Source: Azolla caroliniana (taxonomy: Eukaryota > Plantae > Polypodiophyta). Taken from it: a stretch of 64,000 bases of DNA. The translations under genes were made by a program, and so were the position numbers. A model generated the notes under the pieces. The model was not told the DNA's origin and did no database searches. It saw only the letters and a list, made by a program, of their open reading frames with translations. The DNA lies in assembly GCA_043228905.1 (NCBI GenBank), contig JBHGNT010000010.1:16802001-16866000 (forward strand), in the 5' to 3' direction. How positions within the stretch are numbered: position 1 is the stretch's first letter; the number at the start of each line of letters is the position of its first letter. Of this stretch, positions 1 through 13,900 are shown piece after piece.

Positions 1-521
1 ACACTAGTATAGAGTGATTTTAGTAATCATCAATTTTCAGCTGCTAATAGATACTACCAAGAGAATCGCACCAACGTACCCCAAGTTTTTCATTATCTTC
101 TCTGATGGTCCCATGTTTTTGGCGTTTCTCTAGATGCCAAAAACAGAAAAACAGAAAAGGGTATGAATTGACTGTGTAAATGCTCAATGAGCACATGGAA
201 TTGCTCAAAGAGGGGCTAATAAAGGGCATTTGGGGAAATAATGAAGCAGTGTGGACATAAAGAAAAACTCGGGGTATCTCAGGCTTTTCTTCTACTATTA
301 ACAGTGCCTATTGACTGACATGAATTATTTTTTTCAATTGCTAGCGTGATACTAAATTGTAATATGCTTTAGTGACACAGGATTATACATATGATGCTAT
401 GCTTGCATAATAGTTGCAAGGGTTTTAGTTAAAGATCAAAATATGAATGATATACTTGTTATTTCTGGATATTTCTTACTTGTTCGAAGTCTTTTTACAA
501 GGGGTGACTGCTTTTGGTCAG

Positions 522-3500
522 GAGGCTTCAGCAAGCAGAGCCAATCCATAACCATGACATTCATTGTTCAAGGGAACGGAGCAGGACAGCTTGGAATGTT
601 ATTGATGAGGTACATCAATCTTCTTTTATTAATTGATCAAGGTTTATTACAACAATTGTGTGTGATAAATTTTATTAAGGAAAAACTCTGAAAAACCCTA
701 GTTTCTATTTATTTTTTGAGAATTTTGCAGTGCACACACTGAAAGAGAGAAAAAGGGGATGCATTGACAACATAATCACTCAAATAGTACATGTAATTGA
801 GAATTAAGAGATGAATTGATCATATAATTGCTGAAGTAGCACATATAATTGGTGGAGAGGGGGTTGAACAAGGGCATTTGATCAATGCAGAAGTTCTAGA
901 TCGTATAATTATTTGGATTAATCGCTTAAATAAAAATAGCATGCATAATCATGCACCACATGCGACATGTATGAGTGTATAACTGCATCATTTCTACCAT
1001 ATATAATCTATATAACTGTCTAATTATTGGCTTTCTGAAATCTTTGACACACACAAGCTCAGTACAATATGTATGTTGCCTTTAATAGGAATACATGGAT
1101 TTAGGTGTACCTAATGTCATGTGTGTCCTCTCTAAAAGAAAATTATCTGATCTAGTCACATATTATTATGAGTATTCACTGGTAAATAACTAGGACAGGG
1201 TTACGTTTGAATATAGCCAAGTGTCTAGACAATATAGATCTATTCTATTATTGACATGTAACACACTTCAAAGGTCCATGGTGGGGGGTCAACCCCATCT
1301 ACTGCATTGGCATCTCAGTGGTTTGCATCCTTCTTGCTACTCACAGCTGTCAATTCTCCCTGCTAGTGCTGCTACAGACTTTGTTGGCACCTGACAACCT
1401 CAACTCAATCTGATTCTCTGTTGCTACACGGAACCACTGTTGGATGAACCTTGAAATAAGATAAATGACAATGCTGTCACTTGGTTAGACCATTCCACTA
1501 GTGCAACCTTTTGTAGGCTGCAATAATATATCTAAATGGCCATATATTATTGCTAACATTCAGTTGAAATGCCATGTTGTAATTGTACATTTTGGATATA
1601 TTGAAATCATATACCTGTCTGCAATAAGTACTATGCATTTATGCAATATTTAAAATTTTATCCTCTAATATTGCTCTGAAAATTTGTGCAGTACTTGCTT
1701 CCATTTGTGAAAGAAGCCAAATATAACATTCCTGAGGCTTGTAGGCTTCATCCCAATAATGATATTTTTAGAGAACAAGAGATGAAGAAAGAGCATATTT
1801 CAACAAGTCAATGGCAATGTTCTAATTGCAAGAAAATGTTTCGCTCTGAGAAGTATTTGGATCAACATCTTGACAACCGACATCGTGCTTTGCTTAATTA
1901 TGTGAGTACATCTAATCAAGTTGATGTAGCAAACACCTTGTTTAGTAGTCTTATAGACATGAACTTCCTTCCCTGCAACCTAAATTATCCTTTATGTTTA
2001 CGGAATTTTTAGAAAATTCAAGCTTACGATGAATCTTAGGTCTGATGGATAATATAATTAGCTATTATACCATCTCTGAAGTGAAAAAAGTAAAGAGGTG
2101 CATGCCAACAAGTTGAAGATGTGCTTGAATAAGTTGAATCATTGTAGATACATGACCAACAGTTTCCTCAACTTCTGTTTGTTCCAATAGACTGGGTGAT
2201 AACAAATTTGACAGTTGGGGCTGAATAGATGAGATGGTATTGACCTCATTATTGGAGTCCACATACGGATTCTCTTGCTAGTCCCTTTATTAGTAATTAA
2301 TCACCAGATCTCAATTTCTCGACATGGCCCAAAGCGGATTATTCATCAAATCGAACGCAATGCTTCATTATATTCTAAATGGCTATTAATTCTATGGAGT
2401 TTTTATTATGCAACTAAACTGGTGCATTTTTCCATCCACAGACTCGTGAACGATGCTTAGCAGATATGTGTGGGGCACTTCATTGTGATTATTATGACAC
2501 CTTAAAGCAAGCAAAGTACATCAAAAGAAAATGCAGCAGTTCAGCATCTGGAAAGAATCTACATTTATGTGAGGTCTGTTCTGTTGGATGCCTGCTCACT
2601 CAAGTAAATAGTATGTACTTGAAAAGATAATTCATATAATAATTTTAAGACTGCTGGAAGATTTGGCCTGATATACATATGCATATGGTATAGCACAGAT
2701 CTATCATGAATAATTAATTAGTTGATTTTGAAAAGATTTTAGACCTTCTACTCATGGATATTTAATTTTATTTTATGGTAGAGCTTAGCAAATACTTGTT
2801 TCCCTCCAAAAGAGAGTGCTACATCACGGAGACTTCATGGTATGTAATGTCTGCTGTTGACGTACATCATACAATATTTTTATTTTTGTATCTTGTGCAC
2901 ATTATTTTACAAGAGTATCATGTATGTTTCATTTTTATATTCCTTTGAAATATACCTTTTTTATTGATCTTAAAGATATCCCTTTTTTATTGATCTTAAA
3001 TGTGCGACCAAGTCTACTTGCCCGTATCCCAATATAGAATCTTTGATAAACCACAAGCTAAGAGAAGTGATAGTTCCAAGACATCTATCACTAATTCTAA
3101 AATGTTGATATTTAATATATCCGATTGAAGGGAGTGATCAATTTGGCACTTAATTCCTAGTGTCTGAATGACCATAACATCTAAGACGAACTGTCCTCTT
3201 GATGCTTATTTTTCCAGTATCAGATAAATGCTAAACACAGAGATAATCCTAGATCTGAAGGGTTGACTGAAATGTACGCAATAAAATCCCTGGGAGAAGC
3301 ATGCTATGAGGTGTTCCTTCTCCTTCTCATTTACGGAGAGTGGTTTGCGTGAATCTTTTCTCCAGAGATTTTGCTACTGTTTATGGGGTGTACGCATCTC
3401 TCTGGTAGATGTTTGGGATAAGCTTGCGCTGTTCCTGAATTGCGGATGATTTATTTCCAACTTCTATGCAATATCTTTTTGTTTGGATGCTAGTTCATAT

Positions 3501-6500
3501 TAGGCCGCCAATGAGTTGTTGGATGCAGCCTTTTGGTCATGATTTCACCTCTGTTTTAATCATTATTTTGTTTGTGTCAGCCTGTTTTATATTATACAAA
3601 TATGAAAGTGGTGTGGAGGTGAAATAAGACCACGGAACCCCAAAAACCATAAAACTAGCTATCCTACCCCCTTCTCCCCACGGGATCCAAACAAATACAA
3701 AAGTAGCTATGCTGTCCTGCTTATACCAGTGTTACCCAGAACAAAAACAAAGCCAACTATGTGCCCTCTTATACACTGAACTTGGATTTGTTAGCTTGTC
3801 TATATACTCTAATGTTTGTGATAGAAATGTCCTCCAATGCCAAAGGCATTTAGGGATTGTTTGCTAGAACTTTATTACATTCTCAGAACTTTTGAGCAGC
3901 CCAGAAAACTTACTGCCTCATTGAGTATATGTTGGAGCAAGTGAGAACAGTCAATCAATATAGCATGTATAATCTTGACTTTATATCCAAACTTGTCCAT
4001 CCTCTAGCTTGGTTGTCGTCTCAATGGTAGTTTTGTGTGATAAACTTCTGTGAATGAGTGCTATGGTCTTCCTAGGTTGCTGCCACATAGGTGCACAAGT
4101 CAATCAAAGGCTATACAAGTCTGGTCTCACTCACAACATTTGAGGTTATCATAGATGGGCAATAGCAATCAGTCCCGCATCTTAGCCACATCCATCTGGA
4201 GCACACCCCCCTCATTGTTGTGGACAAATGAAGGCCAGTATCACCCGCCATTGAATGTGCTTCAGAGACCTCCGTCTTGGATCAGCAAGTGTTGGTCATG
4301 TTTGGAAGGCAGAAGTTTCAGTGAATCTAAACTCAGAATATTAATGTGAATAACTGGTACCTTCGGCAGTTTTACTAATCCAGCCATATTTATTTTGATT
4401 TTTTCTCAAAGATGAGGCAACATTTGAAGAGGTAATCTGTCATTTGGTCTCATAGGCCATTGTCAGCTCTTAAAAGACATTGATATATATTTCTTTCTCA
4501 TAGGCCATCATTGAAGGTGATTCCCTCATGCCAGAGACCTGTCTCTCATGGATTGGCTCATATTGGAGGTCTTTTGAAGACCAAAGTTTCAGTCCTTCTA
4601 AAACTTAAGAATACTTAGCTAACGACAAATTTGCTAATTTAGTTGTATCCATTTGGTTTCTAGAAATCGGCAACAGTTTGGTTTGGGAGTATCAAACTCA
4701 AACCATTTAACACTTATTGGAGGTCGCAAAAGTTTCAGTCCTAAACTTCAGAATGGTAACTTAGCTATTGACAAGGACATCAAAGTAATCCATTCCAACC
4801 TTTAAGTGTCTTGTTACCTTAATCCTTCATAAGGAGAGAAAATCTCTCAAGAATGGAGGCAATGATGGTGCATTTGCATCTAAAACCAAAGACAAGAAGA
4901 ATAAATACCCACCTGAAATCTCAAGCATGTGATCGAAGTATTTAAGTCAGAAGAAGTTCAAGTGAAAGAATGCTTACAACTTATTTGGGCATTATCAATA
5001 CAAAATGAACACATTTCTCCAAATTGTTTCAAGAAGAAATAATATCAGCAGAAGGTGGAAAAGGTAAAGCTTCATCAGCTGAGAGAAGCAAGACTAAATA
5101 GGAGGTCATTTTTCCTATTGAGGTTCTCAATGACGGCAGGTCAAGAACAGAAGAAAGGCATCTTAATGCAAGTATGATTAAGTCAGTCAAATGGATGGTA
5201 GATAGTGAAGCAACTAATTTCATGACCAACGAGAGAGATTTCTCGGAAAATCAAGAACAATTAGGGCTTCTTATCTTTGCATCAGATAGTATGTGATCAT
5301 CAAATCTGAGTGTAAAATGTGGTTTCCAAATCATTACAGGTAAAATAGATATTACAATTAAAGATATTTGTATGTTCTTGTGGTTATAGAAGTCTAGTAT
5401 CTGTAACTCAAGCAATCAATAACAATCATGGGGTATATTTTGATGGTGCTTCTGTTAATTTATCTCCAAAGACACATGTCGTTGTTGCAAAAGGAGAAAG
5501 AGAAAATCTTTACCTTCTAAAACACTTTGATGGGAAACCTGAAGGGTTGTAAAGTTTTTGCAAACATTCAACCAGTGTTTTTGTCACAGCTTCAGTAAAA
5601 ATTGAGGGCTTTTTCATATGACATGTAAGAATTATATGCCTGTCAATCTTTCCCGTAATGGATGATATAGGCTGTATAAATCACCATATTTTGCTAGATG
5701 CCTCATGTAAAATAATAGAGAGTGAGTAGCATTTGCATATAAAAGACTGGGAAGTTGATGCCACAGTGGCCATGCACTGCTACTTTATTATCATTATCAA
5801 GAACATATGATGACTCACTGCCTTGATGTATAGCTTACACAAAGCTTGCTTTTGGTTTATTATTCTCAAAGACGAGAAAACATTCTAAGATGTAACAATT
5901 TATTTGGTAGTCTAGGCTATTTTGGCCTCTTAAAAGACATCCATGTATCTTTCTTTCTCCATAGCCAAGCTTTTGCACTATTTGCTAATTTAGTTGTATC
6001 CATTTGGTTTCTAGAAATTGGCAACAGTTTGGTTTGGCTCAAAATTGTTTGGGAGTCTCAAACTCAAACCATTTAAACCATTTAACACTTATTGAATGTC
6101 TTTCAAAGGCAAAAGTTTCAGTCTTAAAATTGAGAATGGTAACTTAACTAACGACAATTTTGCTAATTTAGTTGCATCCATTTGTTTTCTAGAAATCGGC
6201 AACAGTTTTGTTTGGCTCAAACCCATTTGGAGTCTCAAACTCAAAACCATTTAAAACTTTTGAAACTTACACCAAATAGAGCCAAACATTGAAACCATTT
6301 AAACTTTACGTTTAAGAGGCAGTCAAACGAAACCATTTAAAATCAAACCATTCAAACCATAAATTGTTTAGCAAATACTTTTCATAAAAGTTAAAATTGA
6401 GAATCCACTTAGAAAATGAAGAAAAACGTAAAAATAAGAAAGCAACGCTCTTAAGATTTTACAGCATGAATTATTTTGAAACTTAAGCCAAACAGAGCCA

Positions 6501-8064
6501 AACATTGAAACGATTTAAACTGAACCATCTAAGAAGCAGCCAATGTAAATCATTTAAAATCAAACCATAAACTGTTGAACAAATACATTTCATAAAAGTT
6601 AAAATTGAAATTCATCAACTTTAGAAAATGGAAAAAATATGTAAAAATTAAGGAAGCAAAACTCTTAAGATTTTACAACATATGATAGAGGGGATAGTGT
6701 TTATGATTTTTATGTTAATTTATAATGTCAAATGACCTGGTTTCAGCGGGAGAAATCATAAACCATTAAACCAATACAAATTCAAACATTACTATTAACT
6801 CCCCAAACCAAACCAAACCATTTTCAAATTTTGGAACTATAAAGAAACTGTTTAAGCCATTAAACTATGGTTTCATTATTTGGTTTTAGCTAAAACCAGA
6901 CTGTCACCACCTATTGCTGCATGTTTCTCAAAGATGAGTCAACATTTTGAAATTTCATGTCTTGTTCAGGTTCGTATGCCATTTTGGTCTCTTAAAAGAC
7001 GTTAATGTCCCTCTCTCATTGTCTATTTTCGTTTGCTTTGTTGTTTTGTCTTCTTTTTTCCTATATCCTCGAATTTAAACTCTTATTCATAATTGTACTT
7101 ATGCCTATGAATCCAGAAGCATTCTTAACAACTAAGCTAGGCACATTATCCATGTGCTGATGAAATATTAGTCTTATGAAATTTTCCCTTACAGAAATGG
7201 TGGATTTCTACCTTGCCACTTGCAAATTAGCTTGCTCTTATTGGTTTGGACATCAACTTGTGCTTATTTATTGAGAAAAACCCAGAAATAGGTCTGAGCT
7301 TTCATTTAGTTCCCTAAATATTCCCAAATTTTCACCCTCAAAAGAGAAAAAAGGGCTGAGTCAACCATGTACTTGTTCGAGTATTACATATACTTGCTCT
7401 AACTGCAGATAAAATCTCTCTTTGGGGAGATGACCACAGATATTTGGGCAAATAATGAAAATTAAGGGTAATTTGGCAAATAAAGGAAAAATTGGGGGTA
7501 TTATGATGCATTTTTATGTAGATTGTGCATGATCCACAAAATAAACATGCAAATTTGCCATCCATGTTGTTTAATCTTAGATTGTATGGGAGAATAGGCA
7601 TTGGTGATATTCTAGTACTTCTGTTGCTGTGTGCAGATTTCTTTTTACGCCAGTTTTGTGATGCTCACAAATGCAAGAAAGGGGTTAAGCCATTTGCACG
7701 CGGAAATGGAGTAAGTTCTTGGCTTCTCTAGTTATGAACTTTATTTAAAAACCATGATTCTTGCGCTGGATATTCTTAATGATACTCATGTTTTACCAAG
7801 GCAATAATTCTTTTATTTACAGAGATCTGGAGATAGAGCTTTGTACATTGCATTGTTTGTTTTTATATGTATGATATTGCTACTTTACTATGGAGGGATC
7901 TATGCTCATATACGGTCAGTATACATATACTTTTACATGCTTGCATAGTACATGAAAATATTTAAAAAATGAGAAACATGTTCATTTCACTTGATTGCAG
8001 AGAATTGAGCAAGAACCACATCCAATTGAAGAGGATTCAGAAATTGAAACCACATCAGAGGTAG
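522..8064 (+). CDS. C2H2-like zinc-finger protein with C-terminal TM helix (At5g63280-like family); 5' exon(s) upstream of window. Exons approx. 522-609, 1692-1901, 2442-2573, 2782-2839, 7637-7710, 7823-7914, 8001-8064
   Basis: GT-AG-bounded exons join to HDIHCSRERSRTAWNVIDE/YLLPFV...CRLHPNND...WQCSNCKKMF..EKYLDQHLDNRH/..CLADMCGALHCD/..FFLRQFCDAHKC/..LYIALFVFICMILLLYY/..LKRIQK..*, motifs recalled for this plant family. Confidence 0.85.
4405..4499. repeat. Dispersed ~95-bp repeat; copies also at ~5865-5960, ~6927-7017 and ~30941-31030
   Basis: Shared ctcaaagatgag..aacatt....ccattttgg.ctcttaa.agac.tt.at..ttctttct core in four places. Confidence 0.75.
4830..5530 (+). mobile_element. Degenerate Ty1/copia gag-protease fragment in intron
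   Basis: WMVDSEATNFMT (copia protease WxxDSGAT-like), downstream LYV..SLVSVTQ and VVAKGERENLYLL-like segments, broken by frameshifts and stops. Confidence 0.6.
5975..6910. repeat. AAACCA-rich internally repetitive element (probable non-autonomous DNA transposon remnant); shares a ~160-bp unit with 4611-4770
   Basis: tttgctaatttagttg.atccatttg.tttctagaaat.ggcaacag three times; duplicated ~195-bp aaaccatttaaa blocks. Confidence 0.55.
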
Positions 8065-8526
8065 AATATGGATGGAGCATTAACTGCAGAAGCTATGAAA
8101 AATAGAGGTTTCATGTAAAAACCATTATTTGCAAGAAATTAATGCTTCTTTGGTTCAATGAAATTTCTCATGTGTGTTCAACAGTGCTCATGATAAAAGT
8201 GTCCTAAAATTTGCACTTACCGTAAAGTAGTTTATCCTTCCTTAATAAGGGGTTGGGGGAGGGGAGGATGATGAAAATGAACTTAATAGAAGGTATGACA
8301 TTAGTGCCTTACGGCCAACAAGGAGTGCGGGTCAGTACACCGCTCGAATACGGAGCATGTCCACTCTCGATAGCAATGCGAGTGTTGGGTGACCACCAAA
8401 ATATTCATCTCCTATTAGAATAGGAAGTTCCCCGATTGAGATGCGAGTGTTGGGTGACTCATATTAGTTGGAGTAGAAATACTTGTACCTTTTTTTTCAA
8501 TTTTCTGACACATTTACACCTTAAGG

Positions 8527-8775
8527 CATAGTACATAACATATCGAATGCATTTGCAAATATTCTTTTTCATACATTTGCAAACGAATGCGTATGTTATG
8601 AAAACATGTGTTTTTTTGTGTTTTTTTATGTTTTTTACCTTGGCTTTCATACCTCAAAAAAAGTTATACCTTATAATAAATAATGAAATACAAAAGTATG
8701 GTATTTACCATACTTCGAGGGTGTTTACCATACTTTAATACGAATGCATGTATGGTACGAATAGTTCATACTATG
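8527..8775. mobile_element. hAT-type MITE
   Basis: Termini CATAGTA...TACTATG; 8-bp TSD ccttaagg at 8519-8526 and 8776-8783. Confidence 0.7.
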
Positions 8776-9174
8776 CCTTAAGGTACCATTTTGGGTTCAT
8801 TCTCTTGATAATTGGGAAGGTTGTTTCTTAGTTTCCCTCTCTAGAAAGATGCACTTGATGGAATTCCTTTTTCTTGATAGAAAGATGCACTATAAAAAAT
8901 AAATGGCAAAAGGCAATAGGTGGGAGTACCACATCATCACATTAAAACCCATTGCACAAATTGTTGCAATCACATACATACTAGGGGAAATGGCATTCAT
9001 TGGTAAATTCCATAAGGAATGATTTCATGGGGGTTCCTCATCAATGGTTTTTATTTATTTGTAGTTCATTTCCAATTATGATAAGTATTGGAGATAGATG
9101 TAAGGCACTCTTAAGAATGATGAAGATAATATTGTCATTCACATAAAGTGTGCTATGCATATATGGTGTACATA

Positions 9175-9454
9175 TGCAATCAACATGTATATTGACAGCA
9201 AATTATGTAAAATGTATGGTAATAATATCTCATATTTAGCCCCTACCTTTTGTCCTAAACAACAAACTAATATGCAAATTCTACATGGATCAAGATGTAA
9301 TCATCCTTATTTGTTGCAATCAACATGTATATTGACAGCAAATTATGTAAAATGTATGGTAATAATATCTCATATTTAGCCCCTACCTTTTGTCCTAAAC
9401 AACAAACTAATATGCAAATTCTACATGGATCAAGATGTAATCATCCTTATTTGT
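9175..9454. repeat. Perfect tandem duplication, 2 x 140 bp
   Basis: tgcaatcaacatgtat...tcatccttatttgt starts at 9175 and again at 9315. Confidence 0.9.
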
Positions 9455-10902
9455 GACAAACAATGAACCAAAGTTAGTTGATTGAATGGGTATACAGATG
9501 TTTGAGTAAATCTAGCTTGTCATTATGTAACATGTTTTTGTGTAGTTTTTTTTGGATTTATGCTTGAAGTTGGTGTGGTCTCATGTGTGTTGAAAGTTTC
9601 TATTGTCTATGCTTCCATTTGGTTTCTGTCAATGCAACTTTGTTAACTCAAAAAATAAAAATATTAGGATTATACACAATCAAATAATGAAATGCAAAAA
9701 GAAATCCATTTTGGAGTTTAGACAATCATATGTTGCGATGATTACAATGTTAATCGCAATGTTTTTCGTCAATTCAATTGTTTTGCAATGCTACAATGGT
9801 CATGCCTCACAATTTTGATTGTGCTTTATAATCACTCAAATACTTTGGATGCAATTATTGGATTAAAAAGTTGTCCCTTTAGTGAGAGATGTTGTTAAGA
9901 TGGAATTATGTAAGATTAGAGCTCATAATTGCCTAAATGTGGGCTATTTGAAGCCAACATTATCTTAAGGTAAAATGTAGAATTTGATATGCTTTTCAAC
10001 TTTAAACCATGTTATAGATTTGGGTTTTTTTTTAGAAGACATCAAATAACAAAATTATGATTGGTTGAGAAAGAAGGTTTTTTCGTGATGGACTGACTAC
10101 GATTAAATACTCACATTGCATTTGCTAACTAGACGTCAATATGAGTCAACATGAATTAATAGTGTATAGGCACCAATAAGTAGGACAAACCTAGTAACGC
10201 TCTTATACTACTAGCATATTTACAGAAGCAAGGCATTCTCAATTTGAGAGCTAGAATAAAATCGGCAACAGTCGAATAGGTGAATGGGTCTGAATCATAA
10301 CCCAAGCTTTGAAGTTGCTAACACCTTAGTAGGTGTAGGTGGATATGAGTTAGAACTCCCCAACTCGAGTAAAAGCAAGGTAAAGATACTGATAACTAGG
10401 CAAACAACGATGTGTGTGTTATAAGTGGAATAACTGGAAGCCTCATTTTTTGTTGTCCGGGAAGTGACATGTGTTGGAGCACATAATAAGTTCTTCGGAG
10501 TTGTTTGTTTGTCGGGAAGGCAATGCAAGTGAGTTCCAATGGAGACGAGGAAAAACCTAACTCTTCTTGTGGTATACATACAAGAGGTGGAGTAGGAGTG
10601 AGTAATAAATAATATACACTAGTATTCTCCAAGTACACACACACACACACATGTACACATGTATGTATACATGTATACATGTATATATGTATATACTCAT
10701 GTGTATGTACTTTTAGGAAGTATGTACGTATTGTATATGTATACATACATACATACACTACTCATGTATGTACATATATGAAGAAGACAAGATTCTCGTG
10801 GTGTTGTTAATTGTGTAGCAATTGAACTACAAAAAATAAGATACAAAACGAGGAAGAAGAAAACAGAGTAATCCTGCGTGACATTTTTCCTTCAGTCAGA
10901 CC

Positions 10903-13900
10903 ATGGCCCTGTCCAATGAAGATTCCTCTCAGGAACAAGTGAAAGATCTCTCTCTCTCTCTCTCTCCCTCTCTCTCTCTCTTCATCACAATTCCTTCCCA
11001 TTTGTGTCTGTACTCTTCTAACTCCATTTGTTTTGTTATTTGTTCTCCTCTAACTGCATTTATTTATTTATTTATATTTTTTGTGTGTTTCCTTAAGTCA
11101 TTCTGTGCTTTGTTTGGTTTGTATTTTTCTCAATAGTTCTATATTTTTTTAAAATTTATTTTTGTATTTTTTCTTTTTAAAAAATAAATCAGAATGGAAC
11201 TTTGCCCAACACTAAGGAAAGCCTTGAAAAAATCAAGCAGCAATTGTTCTTATCGGGGAGGTTTCTTCTGCAAGGCTTTCTTCTCAAGAGATCTGAGACA
11301 GTATGTTCCTTCTTACATTGATCAAACAAAACAAAACAAAACAGGGCATATGTATTTTGCATATATAAACAGTGTTTCTAAATAGATGGATTATTCAAGA
11401 CCTCAAAAAATTCACATTTGCTGATAAAAGGGTTCAATTCTAAAACAATGAATGTATTAAGTTTATTTTTACGCACATATGCCATCTAAAGCAATGAACG
11501 TAAATGGTTTAAAGTGCTATTAGGTATACTCATAAAATTCATAAGCAATGGTTCCACATAAATTTTCATCTAAAGCAATGAGTGCATTTGTTATTGTCTC
11601 ATCCTCTGATTCATGATTCATCCTCTGCAGAATATGATTACTACACTATTACAGTTTTCTCTGGAGGGTGTGATAAACTTGCTATGATATAAAAATAAGT
11701 TTCGTTAAGTGTGTTAGGCAGGCTAAAGTTGAGAGTTTCTGCCAAGCGAAACGTCGCATAGATTTCATAAACTTTGCTCTCAGCTGTATTCCTTGGTTGT
11801 TTCACGCTTGAATAAATCCTTTGACTCTTTTCATCTCCGTAGCTGATAGAAATAGTGCTTACATGTCAAATATGCCTTTGCTTTCTCATTTACATGATAA
11901 AAAAAAGCAATATTCCTGACAAGGTCTTAATTAATTTCTTTTTCAGTTGCACAAATGGAATCAGCGATGGTTTACATTGGATCCTACAACTGGAAAGATG
12001 GAGTACAGGTACAGTATTCAATCCTTGTTAAGTGTTCACTTTCCCTTAATATTGAAGGTTTGATTTGTGAACTCTTCAGAATTTTATGCACTTACTGATC
12101 CATCTGTTCATTTTTCATTACCAAGGATTGAGAGGGGTGATGATGCTCCAAAGGGTGTGATCAATTTTGATGCCGAGGGAACAATTATTATTTCTCCAAC
12201 AAATGTTCAGTAAGACTCCTCCTTACTATTCAAATACATATAATCAGCAGCCAAGAAACCTCTTTAAATATTGATTAGTCACATAGAATCCAACCATATT
12301 TATTCATTTTTAGAAATTATACAATTCTATGTATAAAGGTCAATATTTCTATGCATGTAATACTTCATAAAAAATACACTCTCTATTAGATCCATGTAAG
12401 GTTAAACGGCCTTCTATATAGTATGAACGTAAATTCCTGTAGGCATCTTGATGAGTTGCGTGATTAGGTATCTACATGGAATTCATTTGTTTATCCAGAA
12501 TATGTATGACATTAAATATCAAGCATAGATCCTTGTATAAATTTGCGATTGAAACCTATTGGATATTCTTATGTTGTCTTCAGTATATAACTTCAAAACT
12601 CTCTCCATGCAGGGGGCTACCAAAATATGATGGTTGCTGTATATGTATCCTGATTGTTATGGGATTCATAGAACTTTATGATAGCCTTTGGTATGGTCCT
12701 TGGTTTCTGGTGCTTATTAATTAAATGCTACTCCTTAACTGGATATTGTTCTAGATATTCAAAATACAGCAAAGAAGGAATATTTCCTCTGTGCGGATAC
12801 TCAAGGAGTTGCACGAGCTTGGGTTTCCACTCTCCAGTTAGGATCCTTATATTTAAATTCTCTTTGTTGTCCTATTTGTCCAAGGCCAGAAGCTTGCTCT
12901 CTATCATTATAATGAAAATGACCTGTCTTGGATTGTTTCTTCTAAAAGGGCTTCGCAACTGGTCTTGAGGGCTCACAAAGAGGCTGTTAACTCCTTGGGA
13001 GGAAGTGGCTCAGCAAAATTAGGAACTGTGGCTGCAGTTGTTGCAGCAGCCAATGCTACTGCAAAGGAAGCAGCAAAAGAGATAGCCATTGGATTTCAGA
13101 CTAAACCCGATGTTTCACAAGGAAGAGACCTGCCAATGGACGACCTTAGCATCATGAAAGTTTGTGATATGTTCTTATCCTTTCTAGACATAAGCTATAG
13201 TCAAAGTATCTTCGCATATATTAACTAAGAAACACTTAAAGGAAAGTTTACAGAAATTCTTTTTCGTTGAGCTAATCAGACATGTGCGTTTCGGCATTAG
13301 GAAACTCTTAGAGTTAAAGATGAAGAACTACACCAGATGGCAAAGGAGATCAGGGCCAGAGATGCAACTGTCAAGGAGCTTGCTGAACGATTATCTGAAA
13401 CAGCTGAGGCAGCTGAAGCAGCTGCTTCTGCAGCTCAGATCATGGACAAAGAAAGAAGATTAGCTAGAACTGAAATTGCTCGGTTTAGGAGAGAAGTGGA
13501 TGAAAAGCTTCGTGATAGTTCAAACAAGGTAAGATTTGTTGCTGTAAAGGAATTTCAATTTATATCTAAAGAATGGAATATCTGAACACGTCAGTTTGTT
13601 TCGACCAAAATACTAAAAGAAGCATTAAAACTTTGTTTCCCTGTTCCATCAAGATGTAAATTTGTTTTTGTTATTCAAATTAAGTTTAGTAACACTTTTA
13701 GCTTATTTCTTTTAACATTAAAAAAATGTTATAAAATAATTAAAGATTGGAACCTAGATCATGCCAAGTTTGTTTTGATCTTTAAATCAGTGTAATACAC
13801 CAGGTTTACATAGGACACCAGAGATATTTGATCAATAATATCTCACTCATGTTGCAACATATATTATCTGGAAAGCTTATGATTCACTCTCGAACAATTG

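Noticed and set aside
8320-8460. 5S rRNA/Cassandra-like words (gcgag..tgggtgacc..ggaagt) and an 18-bp direct repeat
   Set aside because: Only short scattered matches; no 120-nt 5S alignment and no LTR pair
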